From assembly GCA_946965045.2 (NCBI GenBank), contig OX337239.1, forward strand, positions 2,170,001-2,234,000: a stretch of 64,000 nt of DNA. Direction: 5' to 3'. Positions 23,201 through 32,609 of the stretch are shown here, one piece after another. Source of the DNA: Epithemia pelagica. Taxonomy: Eukaryota > Protista > Bacillariophyta. The notes below the pieces were generated by a model that had not been told where the DNA came from, did not search any database, and worked only from the letters and a program-made list of their open reading frames with translations. The translations under genes and the position numbers were made by a program. How positions within the stretch are numbered: position 1 is the stretch's first letter; each line of letters opens with the position of its first letter.

Positions 23201-23535
23201 TGCGACCAACAAACACTACTGGCCGCTTCTTCTTCTTCGTCGTCCAAACCGGAAAAGCAACAACTGCTGCTCGTGGTGGTACTTTCGTCCAAAATCGATG
23301 CCGTTTGACGTTCCAACGGATAGTCGGACAAGGGTGGTGGTTCTTGCGCAGTGGTGGTGGACGACTCGTGAAGTGCCATCTCTTGGTGTTGTTTGACGAC
23401 GACACGAGCCGGATCGATTGGTTCGATTCCCCCAGCAGTGCGGTGGTTGTGGTCTCCCTCCACCAACGTGTCTTGGGTTGGTTCCATTCGACGAGTGGGA
23501 GATGGTTCTTCCACCTGGTCGGCCAACTGCTCCAT
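17296..23535 (-). CDS. Large (~2080 aa) low-complexity protein with a coiled coil and a C-terminal PDZ domain
   Basis: Single 6.2-kb ORF with ATG at 23535. PDZ signature APAGRIGVTF...VSDVAPDSPL...IFPSDILIAIDE. Confidence 0.85.
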   Translation of the reverse strand: MEQLADQVEEPSPTRRMEPTQDTLVEGDHNHRTAGGIEPIDPARVVVKQHQEMALHESSTTTAQEPPPLSDYPLERQTASILDESTTTSSSCCFSGLDDEEEEAASSVCWSQAETELHDNRQPRLPKPHVNLRVLAHQPQQLSSPQHPSAAASSSQTTTPYVSPYSHLHRSPSHVRSYVGVSSHTNNNHHHSLAASPHSNLQHANNNNHHHHHLPPLFASTKPKPPPSNPCSSRQPYPHAAIMPVPSPPMVARVSHVVPSTTTTTTTTTLVPSSTPSEPNKHDNNDDDTKRDHPHDPSPTVDPPSQPKLEPSLVLDQETRLVREDPAAATADPIEWEEEATPAQTAFAKQLLLARRPPRVGLRTSSTETTTPLEDHPPNTTNTNTTNESSESILSTASELGTVIQMEQRMAELDEDEAFLRMQDSTRENDPLQHDVSSPMANGNDKSAAEHPEPKQDDDDDTTKNDDDKDNADTSGRNEQERLGVPLPLVSTLSELRRENLKALQEFHQSSSSSFHEHHTTASDNEEDDDKEDHREEDEQSLAHLGLPLPLPLLPSSSFRRSEAMIRGSVHRMDDDDHEEEEEEEDLLSETVLSTASEMGTVINATAQLDRLAELDDDRDFYQEHNNNNNNEQQHTEPATTGFRLSPRRFRRSNLPGELNPLVGSDNAQHPPDHETHDDDDEAVTQLRHRPALYYQDERSKENDSGAMDKDQQHPTTTPLYPQVQKELLFSTPKDDPTGLLAQPEPTQQMNDDEEDEMHFGNRGESGPDDTVRVDKQNDVIQQDTVRSRNNVEDNSSPRLLSTKQRLSLAVRKTMAAKKHQQQQQQDGEHGTVGQRLLRRQQEHQQERRFSSSIGGHHHHLFKEQDRASHASVPPPTDSSPVTPRLGSKNKSSLQPRPIIPQAFSWSEGEGIEVTLSPVFGTPAKDNHDGWAGGTAQSSFQPGYESDSNVGNQSAHSQHPPVSFLLRSPGSTAYLAASSQKKKKKRNHGRRSIRAIWNERKGHGPSHDDSSSVYRSSSSRTEGEEKSASSLVQLIVVQEPVEKASPNRQNVEDTLPTEDENGKEQSETDRVLISPMRIPRSCFSFDEGQSVGSSFLRRRGQLSSSRPTPIKTWGRSKSKHEWSASSQAGSTQVSLGAEAMVGTTSLSWDLMSSTTTEQRAADVVGAGKSSFQSALDSSHRWPRDDSGTNRSRNSNYWSIFAERPGFVNPSVSSSSRRINNAAATVNGDVGEQPLHDTSSQMAAANVSQDRSFKRTLGFGKNNGHGTDQPPLAPNDFSPLMLNPNNGMAEELKTPQRIEIEREDAIDILACLVERGVSLHQSVAPLTPYPASSPDQIAPDSTVESTDVTPPTTNLSVKTVEDSASVPPPSISQGFDQTDAIGPIVQDLKALAETEENSDKRAASLHLIDELVKSHVYALEMSRAAQSACSWLKSIGRQHDSPGGTATADDEEDGSEKKRDDFVERDHRNRWRHKVQLQQIPEMMESSSSSPRSIDLLTTKARLHAAEDKLAGNAIQLQQLNEELANCRAEIGRLKSEKQVAIAAAFQPPNRSILDESEDVSLGEDVVNENDADQDPAVDQSFPSNPLFDEDRNGDMLIMYRKALEEANSVIEKLHSTLKTGTDSGSTGEHDTSERAVPENPPFVFVNENQFNNQGESKTQGERNERMGEHSTDKQRLSPGNKDEDTIHVHMLDSENFVTDWDDLSPLPPPPDHTLRSPMVQAVLESWTEDQGLHESMLSWMDQVLTNHADPQSIPPLTISNLDHQVKDGFILHVLPLLLRRKDILLNVKSRAHRRTTYDIAVSVDRPSLPGDFDMRRHLETIAARSDVGCGPNSVTHSTSTTLMGNGGARAFVMNATAGTDTNEGTSLVDHTNIHVTPKAQQHLMYDEMAEDMEEHVPNTGLMSALGGALGGFLTRNRGAFLTPSNATEDLDSPYDHHHHLLSSASMANTYTPHVTQPQMATPPSAAAELDEDQPYHRVVSAPAGRIGVTFVEFRGHAMVSDVAPDSPLHDWIFPSDILIAIDELPVSGMRVRDIIQVLKDRSDRQRALRIISCHAMNEIAVLHHSTSGIHGVSSQEGES

Positions 23536-23554
23536 GGTCAATACTACAAGTAAT

Positions 23555-25290
23555 ACGGTGATGGAAGAGAACAGAGGTGTCCACTCCAATGTTCACAACG
23601 GTAGTCTGCACCAGTCGACCAATGCCTTTCTCTCTCTTTTTCTCCCTTTTCTTTCAGAGACTGTGGCAATGACAAAATGAAATAGTAGAATCGATGAGCA
23701 TCTACTACTACCCCCCGGTTCGGGTCGTCGCCTTACATACTCTAACCTTTTCTATAAGGGATGTCGCCTCGTTCGTTTCTATTATGCATAATATTATACA
23801 AACAAAGAGTATTTGCTTGTCTGTTGAGGACGACGAGATTGGACCTTGGATGCGTCCGTGCGCGCCCCAACAATAGATGAGGAGGAGGTCTTCGATTCGT
23901 GGAAGCAGTCCCAAACCTTTGTTCGCTAGCGTTGTCTTTGTCTCCGCTTTTGAGTACCGCGGAATGATCAGGGAACGGAAACGCTTGGAATTTATAGATC
24001 AATGCCACGCGAAATCCGAAATCAGACTCAACGGACAGGATCGCGCGAGGGGACCTGTACTTTGGTTGGACCGACATGGATCGCCTCCACTTTCTGTTGT
24101 CTCTTGTCAGATCCAAGCGCCCCCGAGGAAGTATATACGGATACCTTACTCGTGGTCTCCATCCAGCGCAGTTCGGAATGGTTGCTGGGGACTCGGCACC
24201 GCATCCTGTCTACAAAGGGAGGACTTCCGACCGTGGATCGTTGCCTCGCTTGTACCGGAATATATATACTTGTGTGTTTGTGTGTTTGGATCACGAGAAG
24301 CGGATCCAGCTTACCTACCTACTATTGGCTGGGCAACCAGGATAGGGGACAGGCCACGATCTATAGAATGCAACCATATGCCCGTCCTCTCGGACCTAGC
24401 AAACGACACAAGAAGAGGAGTTTTGCTGGATACCAATGCCTCCATCAAAATCTCCGGTTCTGATAGACTATATAGGACATGACACTACTACACCCGGAAC
24501 CATTGGAGGGAAGCTCTTGGTACCATGCGCATGTTGATAAAACGCAACTGTTTCGCACTGGAACCGCAGATAGTTCGCACTGAATAGATTGTTCCAATGG
24601 AATGCTTCTGGGGATGGGCCCACGGTGATGGAGGAGCGAACAAGTGTCCACTCAAATGTTCACAACGATATTCTGCCCCAGTCGACCAATGCCTCTTTCT
24701 CTCTCTCTCTTCTTTCTCTCTTATTTTCCAGAGACTGGCAATGACAAAATGAAATAGTATCGATGAGCATCTACAATACTACCCCCCGGTTCGGGTCGTC
24801 GCCTTACATACTCTAACCTTTTCTATAGAAGGAATGTCGCCTCGTTCGTTTCTGTTTTATGCATATATTATACAAACAAGTCTGTTGAGGACGACGAGAT
24901 TGGACCTTGGATGCGCCCCAACAAAAGATGAGTCGATTCGTGGAAGCAATCCCAAACCTTTGTTCGCTCGAGTTGTGTCCTCTTTCGAGTACAGTGAAAT
25001 GATCAGGGAACGGAAACGCCTGGGAGTTTCAGAATCAATGCCACGCGAAATCCGAAATCAGACTCAACGGACAGGATCGCGCGAGGGGACCTGTACTTTG
25101 GATGGATCGTCTCCACTTTCTGTTGTCTCTTGTCATCCAAGCGTCCGAGGAAGTAATGGATTATTCGTGGTGTCCATCCAGCGCAGTTCGGAATGGTTGC
25201 TGGGACTCGGCACCGCATCCTGTCTACGAACGAAGGACTTCCGAAGGGCGACGCCGTGGATCGTTGCCTCGCTTGTACCGGAATATATAC

Positions 25291-25349
<59 letters not shown>

Positions 25350-25657
25350 GATCACGAGACGCGGATGCAGCTTACCTACCTACTATTGGCTTGGCCACCA
25401 GGATAGGGGACAGGCCACGATATATTATAGAATGCAAGCAATGTGCCTGTCCTCTCGAACCTAGCAACTATACAAAAAGAGGAGTTTTGCTGGGTTCTGG
25501 TAGACTCTAGGACATGACACTACTACACCCGGAACCATTGGAGAGGGAAGCTCTTGGTACCATGCGCATTCTGATACAACGCAACTGTTTTGCACTGCAA
25601 ACGCCGATAGTTCGCACTGAATATAGTTTGTTCCAATGGATTGCTTCTGGTCATGGG
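23555..25657. repeat. Diverged tandem duplication of a ~1.05-kb non-coding unit (23555-24621 and 24622-25657)
   Basis: Both copies start ACGGTGATGGA and share long blocks, e.g. CCCCCCGGTTCGGGTCGTCGCCTTACATACTCTAACC and ATGCCACGCGAAATCCGAAATCAGACTCAACGGACAGGATCGCGCGAGGGGACC. Confidence 0.92.
25292..25345. repeat. (TG)27 microsatellite
   Basis: Direct read. Confidence 0.97.
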
Positions 25658-25863
25658 ACAATGGTTGGACCAGGGTAGTGAATGCCAACGTTGCCCTTTG
25701 AGTTTCTTCTTCCTGGTCCCGTTCCGGAGTACCCCATACCAAAGGAAATTTGTGCGTTGCAAGGTGTGTGTTACGAGCTCGATGCTGGCCTTTTTGTCCT
25801 TGGCCCCGCTTTACCTGCCTCCATACCACCAGTATCTATTGGATCCCTCCATGCTCGCTCGAC

Positions 25864-27231
25864 TCAGTCTTGACTTGGATCCGACTGCTTTTGTGATTGA
25901 TAGCTGTGGGGATCGGGCCACCAGCTTTCTGGAAAGCCCGCAAAGACCATGTTGTTGCGGACGCCTGCTAGAAACCGGACGGCCGACTCATCTCGTTCTT
26001 CTTCCATTGCCTGAATGGCACGAAATGCCTGTTCCGATGCTGGTAGCTCGGGTTGGATTCGTGGTCCACTTCCAGGCTCCCAGAGAGACTTGATGACGCG
26101 ATGAATGTACGCCGTGGAGTGTCCTCCCGTTAACCAGCAATACCCATCCACATGCTCCATCAGTTCCAGTTGATAGTCACCGTAGGGTAGTGTGTCGTCG
26201 TCGGGATGTGGTTCAATCAAGCCGTCGAGTGGCAAGGAAACGTCGGTGGTAATGACAAGGGTCCCCGGTTGGCATTGTCGACCAATGGCTTGGGAGAGCG
26301 ACTCGAGAATGGAGTCGGACATGCAACTGGAGAAGCAAAAGACACAGTCCACATCGGCAAAATACAGGTAGGGATCTTCAAACGAACCACAAACAAATTC
26401 AATAGGAGCCAGAGGGAGTCGCTGATTGTCGTCAATCGCCAAGCTGTATATCTTATTGTCGTCACTTTTGTGGCTCCTGTCGTGTTTCTCGGGCTCGTTT
26501 TCGGGGGTTTCTCTCTTGATCAAAAGACCGTGTTCATTCTCCACCCAGTCATCTTGGTCGTCATCGTCATCGTCATCATTATCGGCTTGGGACGCTTCTC
26601 GGACGGAATGGCTGGCAGCACTCTCGTGACACTCTTGCAGCTTTTCATTCGCCACGTTGGATATGCCTGGTAATATTTCAATGCCTCGACAAAGTTTCCA
26701 ATTCGGATGGAAAGCAGCGGCCGCCAACACGAGACGACCCGTGCCACTGCCAATATCACAGAACACCTTGTCCTTCCACCCATCTTTTGTTGTTGTTGTG
26801 GAGTGTTGGTTCACTCGATCGAGCAACTGGGCAAAGAATCCCACATCAAATTCTCCATAGGTAAAGTGTTGGGGTGGGTCGTGTCCCCGTTGGACAAAGG
26901 GCCAGTATCCGTCCGTGCGGGACGCGGCGTTTCGCTCCTCCAACGATTCGGGTGGGTACAGGTGCTTCAATCCCTGCACTACGTGGCGGTAGGCGACTCC
27001 CGATATGGAGTGCTGGTTGACATCGATATCGGGGTTTTCTTCGTGAGGTACCAGGGGATCTTCCGATGGAATGATGAGGGTCGAGAAACGTGTTGTTGTG
27101 GTGGTGCGATGGTGGTGCCATGGCGGCGGATGGACCCACGAAATCACCGGAAGCGCTACCCAGAGAGCCGCCGTGGCCAATGTCAGCATGAGCATTGGAT
27201 GCTGGTATCGGGGAGAACTTGCCATGGCCAT
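25864..27231 (-). CDS. DOT1-like SAM-dependent methyltransferase with an N-terminal signal/targeting peptide
   Basis: FTYGEF and FCDIGSGTGRLV motifs. Hydrophobic LMLTLATAALWVALPVISW is followed by a Thr/His/Arg-rich segment. The start ATG is uncertain (27231 chosen). Confidence 0.7.
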   Translation of the reverse strand: MAMASSPRYQHPMLMLTLATAALWVALPVISWVHPPPWHHHRTTTTTRFSTLIIPSEDPLVPHEENPDIDVNQHSISGVAYRHVVQGLKHLYPPESLEERNAASRTDGYWPFVQRGHDPPQHFTYGEFDVGFFAQLLDRVNQHSTTTTKDGWKDKVFCDIGSGTGRLVLAAAAFHPNWKLCRGIEILPGISNVANEKLQECHESAASHSVREASQADNDDDDDDDQDDWVENEHGLLIKRETPENEPEKHDRSHKSDDNKIYSLAIDDNQRLPLAPIEFVCGSFEDPYLYFADVDCVFCFSSCMSDSILESLSQAIGRQCQPGTLVITTDVSLPLDGLIEPHPDDDTLPYGDYQLELMEHVDGYCWLTGGHSTAYIHRVIKSLWEPGSGPRIQPELPASEQAFRAIQAMEEERDESAVRFLAGVRNNMVFAGFPESWWPDPHSYQSQKQSDPSQD

Positions 27232-27862
27232 GTGGTTCTGGTTGTGAAGTGAGAGCATGTCAAATTCCAATGTCCCTCTGTCATCCACTGATTTCGAGAC
27301 ATCCATCAGAATTTGATGCCGACGACTGACGTATGTTCCTCCACTATGGACCATTTTTATTTTTTATGAAATTTTATCGACACAAAAAATACAAGAAATA
27401 CGCAATACCCGCCGACCGGTCAATCGTCAATCCCATGAACAAGTCTTGTTTCGCGTTTCTCATAAGTATTGGGTACAAACCCGAGCGAGAGCGAGATTAC
27501 CGAGAAGACGTTCCCCACATGACAAAAGGATGATACGCTTTTCTATAACGATTGATAGTACGATGTGCGCCGGCGGCACGCCTTGCGTGGGTTTGTATCG
27601 TGGAGTTTCATCTTTCATCATGGCTCGTCCCTTTCTCTTTATGGGGAATACCTTGTCGTCGTCGCCGTCACCTCTATCATCTTTCGATTCCTACCAGCAA
27701 CAAGCCTTGAGGGAGAGCATTTTGGGACGCAAGGCTACGATATTGAACGCAAAACAACGTATCTGAATTCTCGCGCCGCGTCACAACTTTTGGTGTTTGG
27801 CGTGTGTTCCAAACGAAACGTTACAGTAGTACAACCACCCAACAAGAAGATTGCTCGGAACC

Positions 27863-28656
27863 ATGCCTCCCGCGCACGGTGGAACCTTTCAACCCTTGCT
27901 GCATCGTAGCGGTACACTTCGGGAACGATTGCATTCCTACACAAAACGAACACTCGGTGCAGGGGGAAGTATCAATGAGGCGGTACGTACACCGCGTCGT
28001 TCGGAACAATGGCAAAACCGTGGCTTTGGAACCCAAACTCATGTGGTGTGTCTCCAAAATCGTTTTGTGTGCTAATGGTCCAATATATTTAGGTGGCCTT
28101 GCCTCCCGGCGAATCCTGTGCCGCATGGGTGGCTGTGCACGCAATTGACTTTTACAATGACGTGAGTACGATTTGGGCCGTCATGTCAACGGATCCCTAT
28201 CTCAACAGTTTCCGACCGGGCGAAGGCTTTCCGAGTGGAGTCGAATATCGATGGTCCGATTCCAGCTCCAGTGTCGCCGTCAGTGTGTCGGCACCTGTCT
28301 ACATTGACAAGGTATTGGGTTGGATTGCCGATCAAATGAATGACGAAACCAAGTTTCCTGACGACGACGACGAACAAGTGGCCCTCCGGGTTTTTCAAAC
28401 ACCGCAGTTTGCCGCATTGTGTGGACAAATCTTTCGACGTCTCTTTCGGGTCTATGGCATTATTTATTCCAGCTTCTTTGGGACATTGGAAGCCTTGGAA
28501 ATGGCTCCGCATTTGAATTCCTGCTTTAAGCACTTTATGTTCTTTTGTACCGAATTTGGTCTCTTGCCGGAACGAGAAATTGAACCCTTGGAAGTGTTGG
28601 TACGACCGATTCGAAAACAATATTACAATGCCAAACAAGGGATTACTGCCAAATGA
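27863..28656 (+). CDS. MOB1: MOB kinase activator family (Mob1/phocein) protein, with an intron at 27983-28092
   Basis: GTFQP...RTLGAGGSINEA|VALPPGESCAAWVAVHAIDFYN...FRRLFRVYGIIY...HLNSCFKHFMFFCTEFGLL matches the MOB fold. The 5' end is uncertain. Confidence 0.88.
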
Positions 28657-28967
28657 TGATGAGGCACCGTATCTTGGTAGACACCCTGAAATGCCGTCCA
28701 TACCGACGTGCATGAAATCATTCTTGGGAGGCAGACACGGCCCAATCGACAGAACTTGTGTAAGCCCTCCCCCTACGCAGACCACCTTCCGACGTACGAT
28801 TCGGTTGTTGGATGTAGACAGTAAGTTATTCCCCCCTTAGCGCTTTGTATTTCTCGATGAGTAAGGATAGTTTGTGCGGTTCATGTCATTATTGGCTATA
28901 TATACTAAGGTTACACGAATAACATTGAAAAGTACGACGGAGATGACAGTGCGTTTCTTTCACAGTT

Positions 28968-31900
28968 CTATTGCTTCTGTGTATCACCACGTCGGAACCA
29001 ACTGTTCCATGTACGTGTTGTTTTGCGAGCGGCAGTTTCCAAGGCACCCAACACTGGATTCTTTTTGTCGTATTGACGCGCCTTGTTGCGATTCTTCATC
29101 TTTTTCTGGTGCTTTTGCTGGGATTGGGTTTGATGAAATTGATGAATCGTTTCCGTATTGTTCAAAAAGGAGGGAAGCAACAAGGCACAATGACATCCTC
29201 CTTGATCGGGATCGGTCAAGGTACTTTCTCCGCTCGATGTGCTACCCACCAAGGTTGGTGGAGAAGCGGATTGGTTGTCATCACCTGGAACGATTGCCTG
29301 GTCTTCAAAGGTTGGATTCAAGACAATCGCATCCTTGCCGCCGTTCATGGGATCATCCACAAGGATATGATCGTCATGAGTCAACATGGTATCTCCACCA
29401 CCCTTGATTGGTGATGGTTGTTCGCCTTGAAATAAAACTCGATCAAAGCTATGTTCCGAATGCAGTCCATCTGTGGACATGATTCGACGAGGTCCATGTC
29501 GTTGATGCGATGAAGATGGTGACGCCAAACCGTTCTGCTGAGAACGAGATGAAGTTGTTCGAATCACTCGATAAGGCAACGGTTGGGTAAGAGCATTCAA
29601 GCCAATGCTGTCTTCTTCTTCCTCGTCTCCCGTCACATCTTCATCCGTCTCTTTGGTCAGGGTTGAAACCTCCAAACCTCCAAAGAGATCTTCACTGTGC
29701 TTAATCCCAGCAGGCAAGACACCAGGTTTCTCACCTGGAGAATCTTCCGCACCTGGTCTTTGTAGACCATCAGATCGATGCCGTCGTGGTTGACCATGTT
29801 GAGGAGGACGACCACCATGGTCTCTGACTTGTTCCTCTCCGTCACTGGCCTGTCGTTTCATGGGGTAAATACCCATGCCTTGAATTTCAAGTGTTCCTGG
29901 GGTTAGACTGCTCTCTATGCTTCTGGAAATGGTGGAAACCTCGTCTCTCGAGTTGGATTTCGATGACCCTATTCCGGGATACATCTGACGGCCACCGCGT
30001 CCGTGCATGGGAGAATGAGGCACATTGGCAGGACTTGCACTGGCCATGGTATCAAAAATTTGATTTCGAATGTTTGCTACCGTCGACTTGGCATCCGGGG
30101 CGGCGGCTCTGTCCCTGCTACTGCCACTTTGGTCACGAGAAGGTGTCCCGGATGGCGTGGGAATCGATATTTCTCGGACAGGTCGAGGATCTTGCCTTCC
30201 ACCGCCATCACCAGACACCCAGGTTAACTCATTGGAATCATGATCTAGTGACGATGACGTGGTGCCATCGGCTAACATTGGTTTCAAGGCTGCACAATTT
30301 GGAGTTCTTTTCAGTGCAGCAGGTTTGTTCAAGGAGGATTTTCGGCCCCCCGTATCGGACGAACTCAAAAGGGGCGGAAGTGGCTGAAACGGTTCGGAGG
30401 ATTCCATTGCTTTTCTCGTCGTGTTGGTGGTGCGTGGTGTTACCTTTAGCTCTTCGGCGGAAGGAGCAGGAACGACGGCACGGCTGCTGCTCGTGCTCCT
30501 TTGAAGAGGCGACACCAAATTGGACGAATTGGTTGATTGCGTCCGAGGAGAGAGCAAAGGAGGAGGCTGCTGGGTCTCATAGTGTTTGCGTGGTACATTG
30601 TACAATTGGGCGGAATCTCCTTCGTCATCCATATACTTTGAATCATCCATCAGTCCTTGTGGCATAGTGTCTTGTTCTTCTTCCTCCTCCGCAGACTTGG
30701 AAGCGAGCAAGTCAACGACTCTTCGTCTTCGACCGGATTGATGTGATGAAGGCGGTGGAGGTTCTTTCATGATAGAACGATTTCGTTGTAAGAATCTTCG
30801 TTTCATGATTTCGGGTAAGTTCCTTCGACTCTTGACATTTGGGTTTTCGGTGGATTTTACGTCTGCTGTTCCTGTAGCATTTGCATCTTTGCCCTTCCCC
30901 GTTGGCTGTACGTGTTGCTGTCGTTTCTCTTTGTTCTTTGCCTTGTTGTTGTTGTTCTTGTTGGCACCACCCCATCGGTGATGTTGTTTGGATGTCTTTT
31001 TCGGTTCCGTAACCCCATCGGATTGCTTCAAATCATCGCCCAATGATGATTTCTCCCCTGTTGGACGATCCCCTGCTGCACCCCCGAAAATACCGGCCAA
31101 ATCGGCCACGACTACATGACTTGCCGCAGAAAGGTCTGGTCGCTGTGAATCATCTTTCAATGGGGAACCAAAGCCCATATCTTGAAAGGATAAAAAGACG
31201 GAATCATTCACTTTTTCGGTACGAAGACTAGTGTCTTGAAGAGGGAACGGCTCTTTTTGTTGCTGTTGAAAAAAGATGACTTCAGTACCCTCGTCCTGGT
31301 GGTCGTTCTTGTGGCGGGTTCCTCGCGCCGCAGGAGTGAGAAATTTCGAGTCGTTCGGTGGTGGACCTCCTCCTCCTCCAAAGAAGGATTGTCTCAATGG
31401 TGATTGGTATGACATGGCAGATTGCGACATCGTTCTTCGATGTTCCAACTCTTCTTCCTCTTCTTCTACCACAGCCGTTTGAGGATCCCATTGGTATCGC
31501 TTGGAAGAACTGGTTGAGCGGTTACGCAAATTCAACAGGGAGACTTCTTCTTCCTCCTCATCATCTTCCTTTACGGCCAAAAGAGAGGGAGGCTGATGTG
31601 GTATCCATGAAGGTTGTTGTTGATGATGCTGCAGTTGTTGGGAATTATCTGATTGAGCCATGTACGTGACTCGAAGAATTTCTCCTTCGGGTAGTCCATC
31701 ATCGTATTCCAATCCTCCTTCCGAAAAATCAACCGTTTCTTCGGCTGTACTGGGAGTTTGACCGGATGTATCCGTTTGGGAATTTCGTTTCCACGATGAC
31801 AGTCTTCGTTGCTTGAGTTGCGAGGACGACGATGTGGTGGTGGTGGAATTACGGTCCTCGAGGTGATAGGTTTGAATTGGACCGCTTTGACTTTGGGAAC

Positions 31901-32609
31901 TATTGCCCCTAATACGACCAATAGGGTTCGACAGACCTTTATTGGATGAAGGATCGATAGTCGACGTTTTCGTAGGGACACGGCGGTGATCGTCTCCACT
32001 GGAGCAGAGTTCGAGTTCCCATAGCGATTGAGAAGACATGGATGTGTTGGTGGAAAAGGAATGATGATGGTGACCCACACGACATTGTGAGGGATGTCCA
32101 CCCGAACGATGTCGATGAATAATGGACCCTGTTTCTTCATTGAGTTCATAGTGCGATAAAAAACTTTGTCCCAATACTTGATCCTCCTGCTTTGGCTGTT
32201 GATTGAGTGGATCAACGCCTACCTCAACTCCTTCCGTGACATGCAAGGCGGGGGCTGCATCGTCGTGGTCCTCCTCCGGTCTCAAAGAATCGTCGGCTAC
32301 GGTGTAAGAATTCTTTAGCCGTTGTTTGGCGTGTTTCCCGGAATTGGTTCGTCCCAGGGCGCAGACTGGCAATTTTTGGGTCGAGTCGGAATTCGATGTG
32401 GTTGTTTTGGTGGGTTCCTGCAATGGCTTTTTTAACAAGGGAGAGGATCCTGGGATAGACTCACTTTTTTGGGATTGAATCTTCTTCTTTGAAGTATTAT
32501 TGTTGGAGTGACCTTGAAACAACCCTCGAAAGGGTCGAAACCCTCCCGAATGGTTCCCTTGACTGCGGGATGCCGCTTTCTCTGCCCCACCGCTGTTTCG
32601 AGGTCTCAT
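28968..32609 (-). CDS. Hypothetical 1213-aa low-complexity (Ser/Gln/Glu-rich) protein
   Basis: Single 3.6-kb ATG-initiated ORF with no recognisable domain. Confidence 0.7.
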   Translation of the reverse strand: MRPRNSGGAEKAASRSQGNHSGGFRPFRGLFQGHSNNNTSKKKIQSQKSESIPGSSPLLKKPLQEPTKTTTSNSDSTQKLPVCALGRTNSGKHAKQRLKNSYTVADDSLRPEEDHDDAAPALHVTEGVEVGVDPLNQQPKQEDQVLGQSFLSHYELNEETGSIIHRHRSGGHPSQCRVGHHHHSFSTNTSMSSQSLWELELCSSGDDHRRVPTKTSTIDPSSNKGLSNPIGRIRGNSSQSQSGPIQTYHLEDRNSTTTTSSSSQLKQRRLSSWKRNSQTDTSGQTPSTAEETVDFSEGGLEYDDGLPEGEILRVTYMAQSDNSQQLQHHQQQPSWIPHQPPSLLAVKEDDEEEEEVSLLNLRNRSTSSSKRYQWDPQTAVVEEEEEELEHRRTMSQSAMSYQSPLRQSFFGGGGGPPPNDSKFLTPAARGTRHKNDHQDEGTEVIFFQQQQKEPFPLQDTSLRTEKVNDSVFLSFQDMGFGSPLKDDSQRPDLSAASHVVVADLAGIFGGAAGDRPTGEKSSLGDDLKQSDGVTEPKKTSKQHHRWGGANKNNNNKAKNKEKRQQHVQPTGKGKDANATGTADVKSTENPNVKSRRNLPEIMKRRFLQRNRSIMKEPPPPSSHQSGRRRRVVDLLASKSAEEEEEQDTMPQGLMDDSKYMDDEGDSAQLYNVPRKHYETQQPPPLLSPRTQSTNSSNLVSPLQRSTSSSRAVVPAPSAEELKVTPRTTNTTRKAMESSEPFQPLPPLLSSSDTGGRKSSLNKPAALKRTPNCAALKPMLADGTTSSSLDHDSNELTWVSGDGGGRQDPRPVREISIPTPSGTPSRDQSGSSRDRAAAPDAKSTVANIRNQIFDTMASASPANVPHSPMHGRGGRQMYPGIGSSKSNSRDEVSTISRSIESSLTPGTLEIQGMGIYPMKRQASDGEEQVRDHGGRPPQHGQPRRHRSDGLQRPGAEDSPGEKPGVLPAGIKHSEDLFGGLEVSTLTKETDEDVTGDEEEEDSIGLNALTQPLPYRVIRTTSSRSQQNGLASPSSSHQRHGPRRIMSTDGLHSEHSFDRVLFQGEQPSPIKGGGDTMLTHDDHILVDDPMNGGKDAIVLNPTFEDQAIVPGDDNQSASPPTLVGSTSSGESTLTDPDQGGCHCALLLPSFLNNTETIHQFHQTQSQQKHQKKMKNRNKARQYDKKNPVLGALETAARKTTRTWNSWFRRGDTQKQ

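Noticed and set aside
23877-25510. ORFs within the duplicated unit, including the CVCVCV-repeat frames
   Set aside because: Frames are not conserved between the two copies (many non-triplet indels), and the CV run is just the (TG)n microsatellite.
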